Of a stretch of DNA of 38,165 nucleotides, positions 34,197 through 38,165 are shown piece by piece. The DNA is from Nemertoderma westbladi (Eukaryota; Animalia; Xenacoelomorpha), in the NCBI GenBank assembly GCA_032718475.1, contig JAUCBJ010003868.1, positions 1-38,165 on the forward strand. The letters run 5' to 3'. A model generated the notes under the pieces. That model did not search any database and was not told where the DNA came from. It was given only the letters and a program-made list of their open reading frames with translations. Made by a program: the position numbers and the translations under genes. Each line of letters opens with the position of its first letter. Position 1 is the first letter of the stretch.

Positions 34197-37100
34197 CTAT
34201 CTCTTTAACTTCTTCAAGATCGTTATTTTGCACGACGTCTCACCGCACCACAATCTGTAAAGTGTTCTGCACCGGTTACTGTCTGGTGTACTCAAACCGG
34301 AATCCATTACGATAGGATCCTGAAGTTTCAACGTCACGAAGTACTTGGGAATCAATCTCTGCAGGGTCGCGGTCTCGGGAGTGTTCGGAAACCCGACCAC
34401 TACCGTCGATGTTGGTTCACCCGGGTCGAAAGCGCAAAACAATGAAGCGGTGGTCCCGCGCTCCTCATAGTCCTGGAGGGTTTGCGGGATCGACGAGATG
34501 ATCACAGACCAACTGGTTGGGAGCTGGGTCGGGACGATCTGGCGGATAGCCAGAGGTACCACCGGGGAGACTGAGCGCTCGGGACTCCGTTTAAACACGG
34601 TCTGCAGAGCGCCGGACGACAACGAGGGGGGGAACTTGGATAACTCGATAATCAGTTCCACTGAAGGACAATCGCGCTCAGCTGATTGGTTGCCTTCCCC
34701 ATTAGTACAACCATTCCGAGAATCTGATTGGTTCTGATCAATAAGATTGTTTGTTTTACTATCCGTACTATTCAGAGTATCATTTGATTGGTTGGTGTGT
34801 TGGGCTGAAGTTTCCAGATTCGTTGATGGATTTTTAAATGGTGCTGATCTTTCTCGATCACCTGATTGGTTTATATACTGAGTACACAAATTCCGATCAT
34901 TCAATTGGTTAGCCTTGGAGTTAATTGGTGGACTTTGTTTGTCTGAACTATCAATGAAGGCCTGTTCCTGTGTTACCGAACTGCACCTATCAGTTGATGG
35001 GTTGGAAGGTTGTGTAGAATGTTTTTGGTGAAGTGATTGGTTGATAGTGTCCCTGGAGTGACTACTCAGATTGCTCGTAATTGGATAAAGCGCTGATTGG
35101 TCAGTGTTAGGACAAACCTCAGCATTCATTGGAAGGCGGGCAGCAAGAATGTTTTGTAGGGAAGAATTACTACTGGAAGCCCGCAAAGGATTAGTATCGG
35201 TAAAAACTGACGACGGACGCAGTATTGATGAGTAAGCTGTGTGGGTTGGATTAATGGTGTAGGTATTAGAGGTGTAGGTTAGTGATGGATTACTGTAACC
35301 TCGTGATGTGTTACCAGTACCACTTGTGTACGATGATGTATAATTATTGTTTTGTATTGAATTAGATATTAAACCATGAGGGTGAATGTTGGGCGCATGA
35401 GAAGTTATGGAATTACTTCGTGGTGGGATGGTTTGACACAAAGGGACATTTACTGATGGGGTGACGTTAGTGGTGACCTTATAGTGTGGGGGTTGAAAAG
35501 AGTGACTATTCGCAGAACCATTGTATGTAACGTTGGGTGGGATACCATATTCCAGTGCTTTTGAACTCCTGCTATATATCATCGATGATATTGTCCGCTG
35601 GTTTATGGTGTTATTAAGTTGTTGGGGTGGAAAAACGTTATTTGGTTGTTGCATAGGAATAACGCTATTTTGTTGTTGTTGGGCGGGGATTAAGTTATCT
35701 CGATGTTGGAAAGGAATAACGTTATGTGGTTGCTGGAAAGGAATAACGTTATTTGGTTGCTGGAAAGGAATAACGTTATTTGGTTGCTGGAAAGGAATAA
35801 CGTTATTTGGTTGCTGGGAAGGAATAACGTTATTTGGTTGCTGGGAAGGAATAACGTTATTTCGTTGCTGGAAAGGAATAGCGTTATTTGGTTGTTGTTG
35901 AGCGGGGATAAAGTTATTTGCTTGTTGGAAAGGAACGTTATTTGGTTGTTTCATAGTAACAACGTTATTTGGTTGTTGCATAGGAATAGCGTTATTTGGT
36001 CGTTGTTGAGCGGGGATGAAGTTATTTGCTTGTTGTAAAGGAATAACGTTATTTGGTTGCTGGAAAGGAATAACATTATTTGGTTGTTGTTGAGCGGGGA
36101 TAAAGTTATTTGCTTGTTGGAAAGGAACGTTATTTGGTTGTTGCATAGTAACAACGTTATTTGGTTGTTGCATAGGAATAGCGTTATTTGGTCGTTGTTG
36201 AGCGGGGATGAAGTTATTTGCTTGTTGTAAAGGAATAACGTTATTTGGTTGCTGGAAAGGAATAACATTATTTGGTTGTTGTTGAGCGGGGATAAAGTTA
36301 TTTGCTTGTTGGAAAGGAACGTTATTTGGATGTTGTTGGGCGGGGATAAAGTTACTTGGCAGTTGCATTGGAGGATAGTTTCTGGGTTGTTGGTTGTTGG
36401 AAGGAAACCTTGAAATATGCTGCAGGGCGACTGAACAAAGGTTACTGGGAGGGAAATAGTTTGGGTGGGTGGTTGTTGGAATAATATTTGTTGTTGGGTT
36501 AGGATATGTATTAGGATGCTGTGATGGAGTGATTTTGTAAGGGTAAGATGGTGGCGGTAGTCTATTAAGACGTTGTTGTAGTGGTGCACGCGGAGTATTA
36601 TACCGAACTGACTGACTCAGATCAATTGAAGGTTGGAAAGATTGACGAATATTTGTGAACAATGAACCAAGGCTTTCGTCTTGAACCGGGTATGTTGGCG
36701 TGGGTGTGATACGATCGCAATCCATCTGTATTGGTTGAGGATCAACTCGTAACGGAGGTGTTGCAGCCCTCTGGCTGATAGGAAATGGGCCGCTCAATTT
36801 CGGAGGTTGCATCACCTGTTCACGAACTTCCATAAATACCGGAGCCTCCGGTCTTACACTCAATGGTTGTGCAATACTCATGTAGTCAGTAACCAGACCT
36901 GGACTTAATCTGCGCAAGATATCCCCACTGGAGGACGACGACGATATGGCAGTAGCAGGTTCACTGCAAACAGTTTCAGATGCGATCAATTTACTAGGTG
37001 TCATTCGATAATGTTTATTTTTGTGAAATGAAGTGGATTTTACAACTCTGTTTGATGACGTAATTACAGTGGATAACAATTCCATGTCAGAGCGTCGTGT

Positions 37101-37698
37101 TGAGTGAAATTGAGTGACAGTTGGAGGAAACCACGTACTGCTACAATGCGTTATATTTGCTTTCCTGTTGTTAGTAGCCGATTCAATCACTGTGCCTGTT
37201 GCCGATACCTTCGGGGTAGTACACCGGTGACGGTTCTCTTCATGATCATTATTGATGCGAGTGGAAGTTAAATCTAAAGGACTGTGCGATGGAGCCACAA
37301 CAGCCTCTCGACTCCTTGTTGACAAATTTTGCGCGGATATTGAATTCACGGCAGTAATCAGCCGAGTTGAGGTTATCTGAGTGACAGTTGGCGGAAACCA
37401 TGTGCTTCCAATGACAGTTGTTTTATGTGCTTCCGATTTTTCCGCACTGTCGTTTGCAGCTGTTACTATGGAGACCAACGGAGGTGGGGGTGGTGGTACA
37501 GGTCCCTGTGGACGGATAGGATAACGGTTGGGTTGAACCTTCGAAAATGGGTTGATTTGAGAGAAAATAGTTGATGCGGTCGGAACCGGATGTTGTCTGA
37601 CCGGTGTTGGGGCGCGGTTCAAATAAAGTCTAGTCGATCCCGATAGTCTAGGATTGTGAGACATGGAATCCAGAAACGTTTTCGCAGTCCACCCAACT
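34197..37698 (-). CDS. Large exon of an uncharacterised Q/N/P/S/T-rich, largely disordered protein with a putative C-terminal globular domain
   Basis: 3.5 kb stop-free in AT-rich DNA; repeat units of 24, 27 and 30 bp all preserve frame; the track's TTG start coincides with an acceptor-like ttgttttacAG (37700-37699); first in-frame ATG about 15 codons in. Confidence 0.8.
35610..36360 (-). repeat. Coding tandem repeat (QQPNNVIPF-type, 8-10 aa) with a 192-bp higher-order unit
   Basis: TTTGCTTGTTGGAAAGGAACGTTATTTGG recurs at 35917, 36109 and 36301; 27-bp monomers at 35705-35890. Confidence 0.95.
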
Positions 37699-38165
37699 CT
37701 GTAAAACAATATTATCGTTATTTAATATAAAAATTATCTGAATAGTGTCTTAGGTACATACTGTCAGCATTGGTGAACTTCACCAATAATCCCGACAGGA
37801 CACTATATTCTGCGCCAACTTCGTGGCTCGCCCCACACACCTTTCAACAATATTGATTTTACTTTATGTACTAAATTAACTCTCACTTTTTTGTATGCTC
37901 CCCAAATCCCAGTTATGGGTTTGCCCCCCCCCCCCCCCCCCCCCCCAGATTTGGCCTCTGCCCCCCCAGATATTATGATCACCATACGGGCCTGATTCTG
38001 GGCATGGTATACCATGCTGGACTGTATTTGATACAGTTACCTCACAGTGAAAGCATGAACTGGCGATGTCCTTGCGTTTGTATTTGTCTCTACTACACAG
38101 TAATCAAAAAAATATATGTTTCAGTATTTTTGTGACTTGTGTTATGGGGGGGGGGGGGGGGTAAT

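Noticed and set aside
35521-36589. Cys/Trp-rich and other ORFs overlapping the Q/N repeat
   Set aside because: Other frames of the same tandem repeat; only the 1170-aa frame is open throughout.

Overview
AT-rich, repeat-dense eukaryotic (animal, probably invertebrate) genomic DNA, not prokaryotic. Three host genes lie on the minus strand. (1) A two-exon ANKRD46 orthologue that the ORF track largely misses (exons 8008-7878 and 1846-1375, about 200 aa). Its 6-kb intron is mostly three nested DNA transposons: a MULE-like element with a 9-bp TSD, containing a decayed pogo-type HTH_psq/DDE/PHD element, containing a Sola1-like element. (2) An intronless, intact but diverged proteasome alpha-6 subunit gene (PSMA1), with a 480-bp foldback 60 bp upstream of its ATG. 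(3) A large exon of an unrecognised ~1170-aa Q/N/P-rich protein with a higher-order repeat and short linear motifs. The rest is a mosaic of non-autonomous TIR elements (Harbinger-, P-, hAT-, ISL2EU-like, palindromic Crypton-like), LINE fragments (RTE, L2, CR1, CRE) and two minisatellites. A ~50-bp module recurs inside unrelated elements, and TA-xxxx-TA micro-palindromes resembling excision footprints are over-represented. I found no rRNA, tRNA or CRISPR, and I cannot demonstrate a new biological system from sequence alone. The best leads are the orphan protein, the PSMA1 copy and the shared module. All alignments were done by eye and superfamily labels rest on termini/TSD rules.
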